Positions 10,442-20,400 of a stretch of 64,000 nucleotides of DNA are shown one piece after another. The stretch's first letter is position 1; each line of letters starts with the position of its first letter. The notes beneath the pieces are model-generated. The model did not search any database. It was not told where the DNA came from and was given only the letters and a program-made list of their open reading frames with translations. The translations under genes were made by a program, and so were the position numbers. Source of the DNA: Polaromonas sp. YR568 (GTDB lineage: Bacteria > Pseudomonadota > Gammaproteobacteria > Burkholderiales > Burkholderiaceae_C); contig NZ_CALRVW010000021.1 in the NCBI RefSeq assembly GCF_943371715.1, positions 2,254 to 66,253 of the forward strand, in the 5' to 3' direction.

Positions 10442-11641
10442 CTAAAGCTTTATGTTCTGCGCCCATGCCAATGCCGCCACATGCGCCTGATTCACGTCCG
10501 CGGCCGTCATGAAGAGGGCATCTGCGTGAAGGGCTGCGCACCCGTTCTCCTGTTCGCAGGCCTCCACCAGCGCAAGAAACGGTCCGTACGCACCCTCACG
10601 GGCAAGCAGGGCCTGGACCACCGCTTCAGGCAGGAGGATTCTGCTCAGCACCTCCTGCATGGGGATTCCCAGCAACCGGTCCAGCAGGGAAAACATACCG
10701 ACAAAAAAGAGGTTTTCCGCCTCGCTTTTCGGGAGTGTTCCCCGGCCGAGCAATTCTGCAAAGTGCCCGCGGACAATCGCGGCCTGCATCAGCGCCGGTG
10801 AAAATCCAGTGCTGCTGGTTGCAGCCAGCAACAGCGAGAGCCAGCGAAACAGCGGCCTGTAGCCGAGCATGGCCACCGCCAGCCGAAGCGATTCGATCTC
10901 GACCTCGATGCCGAAACCAGCAGAATTGATATAGCGGAAAAGCTTGTAGGAAATGGTTGCATCGTGTTTGAGAACCTTTTCCAGCTCACGTACGTCGGCA
11001 TTGTCCTGAACCATTTTCATCAGCTTGAGAATCAGCGCCGTTTGGGGTCCCAACTCTCCGCGCGGGTTCGACTCGCGAGCTGTCAGGCACAGATTCGGAA
11101 AAAAGCCGTTCAAGCCCAGTGCCGCGCACGCGTCAAACTCCCTCCATCCCGGGAACCGACTCACGATCACGGAAAACGACGACTCGCTGATCTGGGACAG
11201 CCGGCCTATTGCCGCCAGGTCCGGGTGATCGGACGCGACCTCCACCTGCGTGGCAATGGCAAGCAGGGCGGGGTTCGAGGTCAGGCGTGCAAGATCTGCA
11301 TCCTGCAGCGCGACGCCAAAACCACGCTCGATCAATGACGAAACCAGGGTCAGATGCCCGGCGTCCAGCAGGTCGGCTTGCTTGAGAACCAGCACCGTCG
11401 TGGCCGGGGAAATGGTTTTCAGCGCCTCGGCGGACAGCAGCGCAGGAACGGCATCCACATACAACAAGCCCAACCGGTCTGCGGCATGCTCGCCGACAAA
11501 AGCCATCAGTTGACGCAGGTCGGCCTCGCTGGGCGAAGCGTTGTTTTTTTCCTTCTTCTGCCATCCGAGCTTGTAGCCCAGGACATTTTGCCGAGGATCA
11601 AGCAAGGGAGCGCGCACAAGGTATTTGGTTTCAAACATCAA
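10442..11641 (-). CDS. Degenerate EAL + HDOD domain protein, paralog 1
   Basis: N-terminus YLVRAPLLD..LGYKL in place of the usual ARQPI..GYELL; HDOD region LSYKLFRYINSAGFG; 399 aa. Confidence 0.85.
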   Translation of the reverse strand: MMFETKYLVRAPLLDPRQNVLGYKLGWQKKEKNNASPSEADLRQLMAFVGEHAADRLGLLYVDAVPALLSAEALKTISPATTVLVLKQADLLDAGHLTLVSSLIERGFGVALQDADLARLTSNPALLAIATQVEVASDHPDLAAIGRLSQISESSFSVIVSRFPGWREFDACAALGLNGFFPNLCLTARESNPRGELGPQTALILKLMKMVQDNADVRELEKVLKHDATISYKLFRYINSAGFGIEVEIESLRLAVAMLGYRPLFRWLSLLLAATSSTGFSPALMQAAIVRGHFAELLGRGTLPKSEAENLFFVGMFSLLDRLLGIPMQEVLSRILLPEAVVQALLAREGAYGPFLALVEACEQENGCAALHADALFMTAADVNQAHVAALAWAQNIKL

Positions 11642-11717
11642 GCTTCTAACCAGGTGGGAGGATGAAGATAAACCCGCCTTTCGTCGGCAGTGCCGACAGT
11701 GGGTTTTTCCTGAGGTA

Positions 11718-11793
11718 ACTGTAAGGACAGCTGGCGGGATTGATTCCTGAAAGAAGACAAGAAATCATCCCTTTGTTTTTTGATTTCAAAAAC
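11718..11793 (-). promoter_or_regulatory. Putative -10 (TACAGT) plus conserved upstream box, copy 1
   Basis: TACAGT on - strand at 11718-11723; box GAAATCATCCCTTTGTTTTTTGATTTCAAAA at 11761; same layout as copies 2 and 3. Confidence 0.6.
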
Positions 11794-11918
11794 TGCGGTT
11801 GCCTCCAAAATCCGGACAACCGTTTTTTATTTTTTGTCCGGACCAAGTGCTCGCTCTGCAGGATGCTCCCGGCACCGGTGGCCTGCAGCCCCGGCATCAA
11901 GTGCTTTGCGGGAAAACT

Positions 11919-13118
11919 CTAGAGCTTGATGTTCTGCGCCCAGACCGTCGCCGCGAGATGCGCCTGATTGACACGCTGGGCGTCCATGGACAGCGCACTG
12001 GCCAGCGCCGCCGCCTCCCCCTCGTCTCGCTCACACGCCTCTGCCCGCGCAAGAAACGGCCCGTCCACCCCTTCGCGGGAGCGCAGCGCCAGCGCGACCG
12101 GCTCCGGCCACCCCACCTGACGGAACACCTCGTCGACAGGAATACCCAGCAACTGATCCAGCAGGGAAAACGTACCGACGACAAACAGGTTGTCGGCCTC
12201 ACTCTTGTGAAGCAACCCTTGGCCGAGCAGCTCGATAAAGCGCCCGCGAATAATGGCGGCCTGCAACAATGCAGGAGAAAGCCCGGATTTGCTGGTGATG
12301 GCCAGCAGCAGCGACAGCCAGCGAAACAGCGGTTTGTAACCCAGCATGGCTACCGCCTGGCGCATGGACTCGATGCGGCCGTCCAGACCGAACCTTGCGG
12401 AGTTCATGTGATGGAGCAATTTTTCGGCAATCGTCGCATCCTGGTTCAGGATTTTCTCGAGATGGCGAATGTCGGCGTTGTCCTGAACCAGCTGCATCAG
12501 CTGCAGAATCAGCACGGCTTGCGGGCTTGGTTTTTCTGCCGGGTTCGGCGGGCGCGGTGTCAGGCAGATGTTTCCAAAAATCCCATTCAAGCCCATGAGG
12601 GCGCAGGCATCAAACTCCCGCCATCCGGGAAAACGGTTCACCACCACAGAAAGCGGGATTTTCCTGTTCCTGGCGAGCTTGCTGATCGCTGCCAGCTCCG
12701 GGTGATCCGCGCCGAGCTCGACATGGGTGACCAGAGGCAGCAGGGTCTCGTCAGACTCCAGGCAGGCGAAATCTGCATCACGCAGTGCCAGACCAAAGCC
12801 TCGCCTGCGCAGCCCTGCGGCCAGCGCCACATGGCCCTCGTCCACCAGGTCGGCACGGTTCAACACCAGCACCGTGCTTGCAGGCGGCAACGACTGCAGC
12901 GCCGCGGCAGACAACACGGCGGGAATGGCGTCGAGAAAGACCAGGCCCAGCCTGGCATCGACCACATGTTCGGCTACCAGGGTCAATAGTTGACGCAACT
13001 CCGCCTCACCGGTCATGTCGCCGCTTTCGCCAGTTTTCTGCCATGCGAATTTGTAGCCAATGACCTTCTGCTTGGGATCAAGCAGGGGGGCGCGAACAAG
13101 GTAGCAGTCGGCAGCCAT
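11919..13118 (-). CDS. Degenerate EAL + HDOD domain protein, paralog 2
   Basis: ATG at 13118 gives 399 aa, colinear with paralog 1; both end WAQNIKL. Confidence 0.85.
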   Translation of the reverse strand: MAADCYLVRAPLLDPKQKVIGYKFAWQKTGESGDMTGEAELRQLLTLVAEHVVDARLGLVFLDAIPAVLSAAALQSLPPASTVLVLNRADLVDEGHVALAAGLRRRGFGLALRDADFACLESDETLLPLVTHVELGADHPELAAISKLARNRKIPLSVVVNRFPGWREFDACALMGLNGIFGNICLTPRPPNPAEKPSPQAVLILQLMQLVQDNADIRHLEKILNQDATIAEKLLHHMNSARFGLDGRIESMRQAVAMLGYKPLFRWLSLLLAITSKSGLSPALLQAAIIRGRFIELLGQGLLHKSEADNLFVVGTFSLLDQLLGIPVDEVFRQVGWPEPVALALRSREGVDGPFLARAEACERDEGEAAALASALSMDAQRVNQAHLAATVWAQNIKL

Positions 13119-13186
13119 CAGACGCCAGGCCTCGCTGACACAAACCCGACCCAGCACTGTTTCATAACGGTCTTTTTCATTTTTTG

Positions 13187-13256
13187 ACTGTAAGCGGCGA
13201 GAGGCACTGCCGATTGCCGGAGAAGAATGAAAATTCCCCCTCATTTTCCCGATTGG
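13187..13256 (-). promoter_or_regulatory. Putative -10 (TACAGT) plus conserved upstream box, copy 2
   Basis: TACAGT at 13187-13192; AAAATTCCCCCTCATTTTCCCGATT at 13230, in register with copy 1. Confidence 0.5.
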
Positions 13257-13412
13257 GCAGAGAAAACGACCGATCCCTTGGCCAACGCATGCCGGCGCTG
13301 ATAGCGCAGCTTTTCCCGGCCAGCAAGGCGCCGGACTCTGGCGGTTCCGCGACGATGATTCCGGGTGGTGCATGTCAGGAGCGGCGCCCGGGACGCGTGC
13401 TCACCGTGCAGG

Positions 13413-14615
13413 TTAAAGCTTGATGTTCTGCGCCCAGGCAAGCGCCGACAAATGCGCCTCGTTCACATGGGTTGCCGTCATGGACAGGGCTTCCGCAAAA
13501 TGTGCGGCGCGGCCATCCATCTGCTCGCTCGCTTCGACCAGCGCCAGCACCGGCCCATACACACCCTCGCGCGAGAGCAAGGCCTGCGTCACTGTTTCGG
13601 GCAAGGTCAGCTGCCTGAGAACTTCCTGCACTGGAATTCCCAGCAAATGATCGAGAAACGAAAACATGCCAACGACAAACAGGTTTTCGGCCTCTCTCCT
13701 CGAGAGAAAGTCCTGTCCCAGCAGTTCTGCAAACCTCCCGCGAACCATGGCGGCCTGCATCAGTGCAGGGGAAAACGCAACCGTATTGGTCCTCACCAGC
13801 AGGAGCAGAAGCCAGCGAAACATGGGTGCATAACCGAGCATGGCGACGGCATGTCGCGGCGAATCGATTTCGAACTCCAGACCAAAACCCGCCGAATTGA
13901 TATACCGCAGCAATTTATAGGAAAGGGCAACGTCGCTCTTGAGTACCTTTTCCAGGTGGCGTATGTCGGCATCACCCTGAACCATGTGCATCAGTTGCAG
14001 AATCTGTTGCGCTTGAGGACCCAGTTTCCCCGGCGAGCTCCTCTCCCGGCGAGCGGCACACAGATTCCGGATGATGCCGTGGACGCCGGAACCAGTGCAG
14101 GCATCAAACTCCTGCCAGCCTGAAATGTGATCCACGACCAGGGCCATGTCCGGTTGCCTGCGTCGGGTCAGAGCGGCTATATCAACCAAGTCGGGATGAC
14201 CGTGGGGGAGAAAAATGTAGCTCAGGTGAGAAAGTAGTTGCTCGTTTGCCTTCAGAAAGGCAAGGTCGGCATCGCACAGCGCCAGCGCACCGCCCTTGTC
14301 CCGAAAGCAGGCTGCCAGAGCAAGCTGGCTTTCATCGATCAGGTCCCGCGGCTTGAGAACCAGCACCGTGGCTTGAGGCGACAGGGTCTGCACTGCTTCC
14401 TCAGACAGCCCCGCGGGACCCATTTCCATAAAAAACAGGCCCGACTTGATTTCGCCGGAGCGCCCCGCCAAAAGGGCCCGCAGCTGATCCGCACCAGCCC
14501 TGCCAGAGATTTCGCTCGCTGCTCCGTCGCTCTGGCACGCCAACCTGTAGCCAATGACGTGTTGCTTCGCGTCAAGCAGCGGTACTCTGAAAAGAAAGCT
14601 ATTTTCGCGTGACAA
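13413..14615 (-). CDS. Degenerate EAL + HDOD domain protein, paralog 3
   Basis: TTG start, 400 aa, FLFRVPLLD..IGYRL, ends WAQNIKL. Confidence 0.85.
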   Translation of the reverse strand: MSRENSFLFRVPLLDAKQHVIGYRLACQSDGAASEISGRAGADQLRALLAGRSGEIKSGLFFMEMGPAGLSEEAVQTLSPQATVLVLKPRDLIDESQLALAACFRDKGGALALCDADLAFLKANEQLLSHLSYIFLPHGHPDLVDIAALTRRRQPDMALVVDHISGWQEFDACTGSGVHGIIRNLCAARRERSSPGKLGPQAQQILQLMHMVQGDADIRHLEKVLKSDVALSYKLLRYINSAGFGLEFEIDSPRHAVAMLGYAPMFRWLLLLLVRTNTVAFSPALMQAAMVRGRFAELLGQDFLSRREAENLFVVGMFSFLDHLLGIPVQEVLRQLTLPETVTQALLSREGVYGPVLALVEASEQMDGRAAHFAEALSMTATHVNEAHLSALAWAQNIKL

Positions 14616-14694
14616 TCTCGGGCGCCAGGTGGAGAGAAGAAGAAGGTATTCGCGTCTTTGATCTATCGCGCAGACAGCGGGTTTTCCAACCGAA

Positions 14695-14769
14695 ACTATA
14701 AGCTTGGGAGACGAACCTGATCACCCAAGAAAGCCTGGAATCATCCCTCTGTTTTCCGGATTCAAAACC
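14695..14769 (-). promoter_or_regulatory. Putative -10 (TATAGT) plus conserved upstream box, copy 3
   Basis: TATAGT at 14695-14700; GGAATCATCCCTCTGTTTTCCGGATTCAAAA at 14737. Confidence 0.6.
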
Positions 14770-14951
14770 GAAATGCCGCGCACCGTCGGAATACGGATTC
14801 ACAGAGGCGAAACGGGGACACCACTCGCCAGGAACGGGGCACCCCACCAACTGCTTCATCCAGTTGAAGCCGAAAGCCGTGCCGAGGGGCTCATCGCACG
14901 GCCGGACCGTGCAGAGTCGGCGTTTCCCGTATTCTTGCCGGCCAGGGAGGG

Positions 14952-16535
14952 TCAGGCTGTCGGCGGTGACCCACCGACCGGTTCCGAGTTTTGCGGCAGG
15001 GACATGAAGAAGCTGGCGCCGCCCTTGTCAGCAGCGATAGCCCAGACGCGACCGCCATGCAGTTGGGCAACACGTTTGACAATCGCCAGACCCAGCCCGG
15101 TACCGGGAAAATCCACCGCCGAATGCAGGCGCTCGAAGGCAGTAAACAGTTTGTCGGTGTAGGCCCTATCGAAACCGGCTCCATTGTCAGAGACAGACAA
15201 AACGATCTCTGCAGGGCCTTCGCCCGGCATGAGGCCCACCCTGATCCAGCTTTGCTCTTTCCGGGAGGTGAACTTCCAGGCGTTGTCGAGCAGACAGGCC
15301 AACGCAATGCACAGCTGGTCCTTGTCGCAGACGAGCGGCAGCGCAGGCTCCATCTCAAGCACCAGGTGCCGGGCCGGCTCGCGCTTGTGCAGCTCGTCCA
15401 TCAGGCGCTGGCACATGGGGACCAGGTCCACCCTTTGCGGCGCCATGGGCATGCTGGGCAAATAGGTCAGGGTGCGCAAGTCATCGATCAGTCTGGCCAG
15501 CTGGAGGCTGCTCGCCTGAATGCGCGAGAGGTAATGCTGGCCTTGCGCATCGAGCGCTGCACCGTGGCGCTCTGCCAGGGTGGCGGCAAATCCGTCAATG
15601 ACATGCAGTGGTGCCTTCAGGTCGTGCAGCATCGCGCTTGTGAACGCCTTCAGTTCACCCTGGCTGCTCTGCAGTTCAGCGGTGCACTGCGCGATGCGCA
15701 TCTCAAGCTCTTCATTGAGCCTGGACAGATGGGCATCGGCAAGGTGGCGCGCGCCAACGTCGGTCACGCTGACCAGCACGGCCGGCCGCAGCGCCCACTG
15801 CACGCTGGAGCAGGCCAGCTCAACAAGCATGAGCTCGCCGTCGGCCTTCTTCTGGGTGCACAGCCGCATTTCCTGCTCGAAGTCACCCGGCGGCAGGGAG
15901 TCCAGCAGGGAGGCCCCGTCACCCTCGGGAAAAAGCGATTCGACGAAAAGCCCCACCAGCGCCTCCGGGGCCACGCCATACACGGCAGCCGCCGCGTTGT
16001 TGACTGCCAGCATCTGCCGCGAGCCGGTATCGAACAACCACATCGCCTGGGGGTGGGCATCGAACAGGATCTGATTGCAGGACTCGCTGTAGCGCAGCGA
16101 ACGCGAGGCCTGATGGATGGTGCTGACATCCTTGAGTGTGACCAGCGCGCCGTCGTCATGTTGGCGCAGGCCGTAGTCGACCCACTGGTTCTCAAACGCA
16201 TGCCAGACGACAAAGTTGTGGGTTCCCGTTTCCAGCAGCGCCTGCTCGGTGGCGCCGCGGTGCTCATCTGCGATTTCTTCAGGTACCGCCTCCCAGAAAT
16301 CAGCACCCCGGAGATTGCCGAGCACGGAGTGCATGAGCGACTGGGCACAACTGTTCAAGGCCACTATCCGGCCGGCACTGTCCAGCAGGACAATCCCGTC
16401 AGATGACAGGTCGAGGCCGGCCTGCAAGGCCTCTGCGCTTGCAGCCGCCTGTCCGGCAGAGAACCCGGGAAGCGACGCCCGCCTGCTTCCCCTCCACGAC
16501 TTCAGCCATTTCTTGAAAAGGGTGAGCGGAGCCAA
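14952..16535 (-). CDS. PAS-PAS sensor histidine kinase
   Basis: Two PAS-like regions, H-box HDLKAPL, N-box LDNAWKF, DNGAGFD, GTGLGLA. Confidence 0.92.
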   Translation of the reverse strand: MAPLTLFKKWLKSWRGSRRASLPGFSAGQAAASAEALQAGLDLSSDGIVLLDSAGRIVALNSCAQSLMHSVLGNLRGADFWEAVPEEIADEHRGATEQALLETGTHNFVVWHAFENQWVDYGLRQHDDGALVTLKDVSTIHQASRSLRYSESCNQILFDAHPQAMWLFDTGSRQMLAVNNAAAAVYGVAPEALVGLFVESLFPEGDGASLLDSLPPGDFEQEMRLCTQKKADGELMLVELACSSVQWALRPAVLVSVTDVGARHLADAHLSRLNEELEMRIAQCTAELQSSQGELKAFTSAMLHDLKAPLHVIDGFAATLAERHGAALDAQGQHYLSRIQASSLQLARLIDDLRTLTYLPSMPMAPQRVDLVPMCQRLMDELHKREPARHLVLEMEPALPLVCDKDQLCIALACLLDNAWKFTSRKEQSWIRVGLMPGEGPAEIVLSVSDNGAGFDRAYTDKLFTAFERLHSAVDFPGTGLGLAIVKRVAQLHGGRVWAIAADKGGASFFMSLPQNSEPVGGSPPTA

Positions 16536-16730
16536 GACCAGGCTTCTTCAAACGCTGGGGTAACGCAGACCTGTTGCTTCGTTCCAGGAATGCCTGCCCA
16601 CGATGAAATCGATTGATTCGGGCCCGGGGACGGGCATCCACCCCAACCGCAGACGCCGTCCTGGCCAGGATTTACCTGGGACAGGAGAGCGAAGGTAGGC
16701 CTTCATGTATCGACAGGTCCGGGCGGAGTC

Positions 16731-17372
16731 CTAGCGCCACTTGCGGTTGGCCACCAGCAGTGCCGTGACGTACCCATGCAGCCAGTCGAAGTTGATCGGC
16801 TTCTCAAGGTAGTAGGAGTTGGGGGGCAGGCCGCCTCTTTCCATGATGGACTCGCGGGGCAAGCCGCTGATCACCAGGATCTGCATGGCCAGCAGCTGCT
16901 GGTTGCGCTTGAGGGCGCGCAGCATTTCCATGCCGTCCACGCCGGGCATGTTCAGGTCGGTGATCAAGAGGTCCGGGCGCATGCTGGCAATGTCCATCAG
17001 GGCCTCGAGGGCAGACGGCATGAAGCTGCAGTCCACCGCCATGTCCCATTCGTCAAAGTGGGCCTTGTAAAGCTCGCAGGTGGCCTCGTCGTCTTCGACC
17101 ACCAGCACGCTCAGGCGATTGCGTGGATCCGCGTCCACCTGGGCACGTTGCGGACTGTTTTTCTGCAAATAGGCATTGATGGCTCGCAGGGAAAGCCGGC
17201 GGTGGCCTCCCAGGGTTTTCCAGGCCTCGATCTCGCCCTTCTCGACCAGTGACTGAACGGTGGCGACCGACAAGCCCAGCAGTTTGGCGGCATAGGTGGT
17301 TCCGCAATAGTCATCGCTGGAAAAGTCGCTCACAGTGATGGCGTTTTCAAAGGTCTGGGGTTCGCGGGGCAT
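16731..17372 (-). CDS. Excisionase-like (HTH_17/MerR-type) DNA-binding domain fused to a receiver domain
   Basis: YCGTTYAAKLLGLSVATVQSLVEKGEIEAWKTLGGHRR followed by REC (VVEDD, TDLNMPGVDG, KP). Confidence 0.9.
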   Translation of the reverse strand: MPREPQTFENAITVSDFSSDDYCGTTYAAKLLGLSVATVQSLVEKGEIEAWKTLGGHRRLSLRAINAYLQKNSPQRAQVDADPRNRLSVLVVEDDEATCELYKAHFDEWDMAVDCSFMPSALEALMDIASMRPDLLITDLNMPGVDGMEMLRALKRNQQLLAMQILVISGLPRESIMERGGLPPNSYYLEKPINFDWLHGYVTALLVANRKWR

Positions 17373-17400
17373 AAAAAGGGCCTAACAAAAATTACATCTG

Positions 17401-17437
17401 CAATTTAAACAATTTCATGAATTTAATCAATTGGATT
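17401..17437. repeat. Four AATT-core direct repeats with 9-bp period in an AT-rich promoter
   Basis: AATT at 17402, 17411, 17420 and 17429 (AATT-TAAA-C, AATT-TCAT-G, AATT-TAAT-C, AATT-GGAT-T). Confidence 0.7.
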
Positions 17438-17488
17438 TATTAACTATTAATTCATACACATTTTTTACAACTGGCCCCTGTGCCGCCT

Positions 17489-20400
17489 TCAAGCGGGGGC
17501 CCCGCTGCCGGGCAGGGTGAAAAAGAAGGTGGCCCCCTTGCCGGGTTCCGCCTGCGCCCAGACCTTGCCGCCATGGCGTCCAATCACCCGGCTGACAGTG
17601 GCCAGCCCCACACCGGTTCCCGGAAACTCGGTCACCGCATGCAGGCGCTGAAAAGTATTGAAGAGCTTGTCAGCATAAGCCATGTCAAAGCCCGCGCCGT
17701 TGTCCTGAACAAAAAACACCGCCAACCCGGCGGCGTCAATCGTGCGCCCGACGCGGATATCGGTATGGGCCTGCCCGGAAGAAAATTTCCAGGCATTGCC
17801 GAGCAGGTTTTCCATCACCACGTGGATCAAACGCCCGTCGCCCTGGGCCTGCAAGTCCTCTTCGATGGTGATGCGGGCCACGCGCTCCGGATTGCGCCCC
17901 TGGCATTCGCCGGTTATTTCCCGCGCCATCACGCTCAAGTCCACCGTTTCATGGCGCAACTGCATGCGCGAAACCTGCGCCAGGGACAACAGATCCTCGA
18001 TCAACCGCCCCATCTGGGCCACACCCGCATGGATGCGCGACAGGTAGTGCTGGACTTTGGCGTTCGGGCTGGCGGCGCTGAGCTGCTTGGCCAGCAGCCG
18101 GCTGAAACCGTCCACCGTGTTCAAGGGTGAACGCAGGTCATGCGAAACCGAGTAGGAAAAGGCTTCGAGTTCCTGGTTGGACAGGCGCAGGGCTGCTTCA
18201 ATGTCCTTGATTTCCGTCACGTCGGCATCAATGCCGACCCAGAACAGCACCTTGGCCTGATCGTCCAGCACCGGGGAAGCCCGGTAAGACATGGTGTGGT
18301 AGGTGCCATCCGCCGCACGCAGCCGCCGCATCCCGACGTAGGAGGTCAGGTTCTCGCGGGACATCTTCCATCTGGCGGACATGTCAGCGAGGTCGTCCGG
18401 GTGCACCACCGCGGTCCACTTGTAGCCCATCCAGTCCGCCGGCGTCCCACCCATCAACTCGTACCACTTGCGGTTGAAGTAGGTCACCCTGCCGTCGACG
18501 TCAACATTCCAGATGATCTGCGGGGCCTGCTCGGCCAGCGCCCGGAACAGGGCCTCCTGCCGCGCCAGGGCGGCGGTCCTTTCCACGACTTTTTCTTCCA
18601 GCCCCTGGTTGAGCCGCTGGACCTGCTCAAAAAGCTGGGTGTTTTCAATCGCGATGGACGCCAGTTGCGCGAGCTCGACACCCACATACTGGTCCTGCAA
18701 TGTGAACTCGCCATCGTACTTGTCGCTCAATTGCAGCAGCCCGATGTTCTCGCCACTCTGGCCGGTCAGCGGCACCGCCAGCCAGCCCCGCATGGACGGC
18801 GCTGCCCCGGCCTCATCGCCAGCACTGACCCAGCGCGGGTCTGCCTCCAGCGCGGACTGGGTCAACCGCATGGGCCGGTTGGTTTCGCAGACGACGGTAT
18901 CCAGGCCACAGGCATGGGTCAGTCGCACCAGATCGCGACAGTGGGCATATTTGTCCGAGTGCGACACGGCGTTGACAGTCCGTGCCTGCTCTCCGGAGAC
19001 CGTCAGGCTCACCACGGCCTGGTGGGCGCCCACCACGGCCCGGACCTGGTCCACGGTTTCCTGCAGGGTTGCCTCGACGGTGCGGTGGCGCGTGATCGCG
19101 TGGGTCGCGTCGGCGGCACGCTGCAGCGTGAACAGATAGTCCTGTACTTCCTTTTCGGCCCTGACCTGTGCGGTGATGTCCAGCGCGACCGCGAAACGCG
19201 CATCCCGGCCCATGTAGGTGATGGCCCGGGCCACGGTCTCCACCGGAAATTCCACACCGTCCTTGCGCAGGTGCAGCCACCGGCTCGGCTGGCCGGTGAC
19301 GCCCTGGGCAAGATGCTGCCGCAACCGGGCCTGCTCCCCCTCGGGCCGGATATCGAAGAGCGTCAGCTGCAAAAACTCTTCCTTTGAATAACCATAGTTC
19401 GCGATCGCCGCCTCGTTGACCGCAAGAAACCGGGAGGTCTCGGTATCGACGATCCACATTGGTACCGGCGCGGCCTTGAACAGGGCCGCATAACGCTGCT
19501 CGCTGTCAAGCATGGCCTGCTCGGCGAGTTTGCGCCGCGTGATGTCGCGCTCGATGGCAACGATGTGGGTGACCCGCCCCTGCGTGTCGGCGATCGGCAC
19601 CATGTCCAGGTCCAGCCAGATCTCTTCACCGCTTTTTTTATAGTTGATCAGCTCCGCGCGTACGGACTCCCCCTTGCGCAGCGCCGACCCGATGCGATCG
19701 AGCTCGGCGCGCTGGGTTCGCCGCCCCTGCAGGAAACGGGGTGACCGGCCCAGCGCTTCCTCGCGGCTGTAGCCGGTGCGCCGCTCGAACGCGTTGTTGA
19801 CAAACACGATGCGCGGTCCTGGCTCATCCAGTTCATCGGCATCGGTGATCAGCACGATGTCATTGAGCCGGGAAATGGCGGTCTCCAGCAACCGGAGTTG
19901 CGCCTGGGATTCATGCTGGTCGGTGATGTCCTGCAGCACCCCCATGAGGCGCACGACCTTGCCGTCCCTCAGCATGGCATGTCCCCGCGTGCGCACCCAG
20001 ATGCGGCGTCCCTGCGCCGTGACCAGCGGCACCTCCATGTCCCAGGGTGTGCCGTCGGCCAGCGCCGCAGCCAGCGTGGCGCGCGCCAGCGGCTGCATTT
20101 CCGGCGGGTGAAAACCGAGCGCCTGTTTCGTCCCCAGCACCACGGACGGATCGAGGTCAAGAATCCGGTACACCTCGGCGGACCAGTAAGGCGTCATGTT
20201 CTCCACGGTGAACTCCCAGCCCCCGATGCGGGCCATCTCACCGGTCTGCTGCAGCAACTCCGTGTGACGGGCCACGGCGAGTTCCGCCTGCTTGCGGGCC
20301 GTGATGTCCTGGACCACGCCGGCACGCCACACGACCTGGCCGCTGCTGTCGGCATGCGACTCCCCGAGCTGGTGTATCCAGCGGATCTGGCCGTCCACGG

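Noticed and set aside
11684-11710. Sigma28-like AAAA-N15-GCCGACGA and GTCGGCA-C-TGCCGAC palindrome
   Set aside because: Poor -35, and not conserved at the other two paralogs, whereas the TACAGT/TATAGT architecture is.
13191-13216. TAAG-N14-GCCGATTG sigma28-like sequence on the + strand
   Set aside because: Wrong spacing, and it points antisense to all nearby genes.
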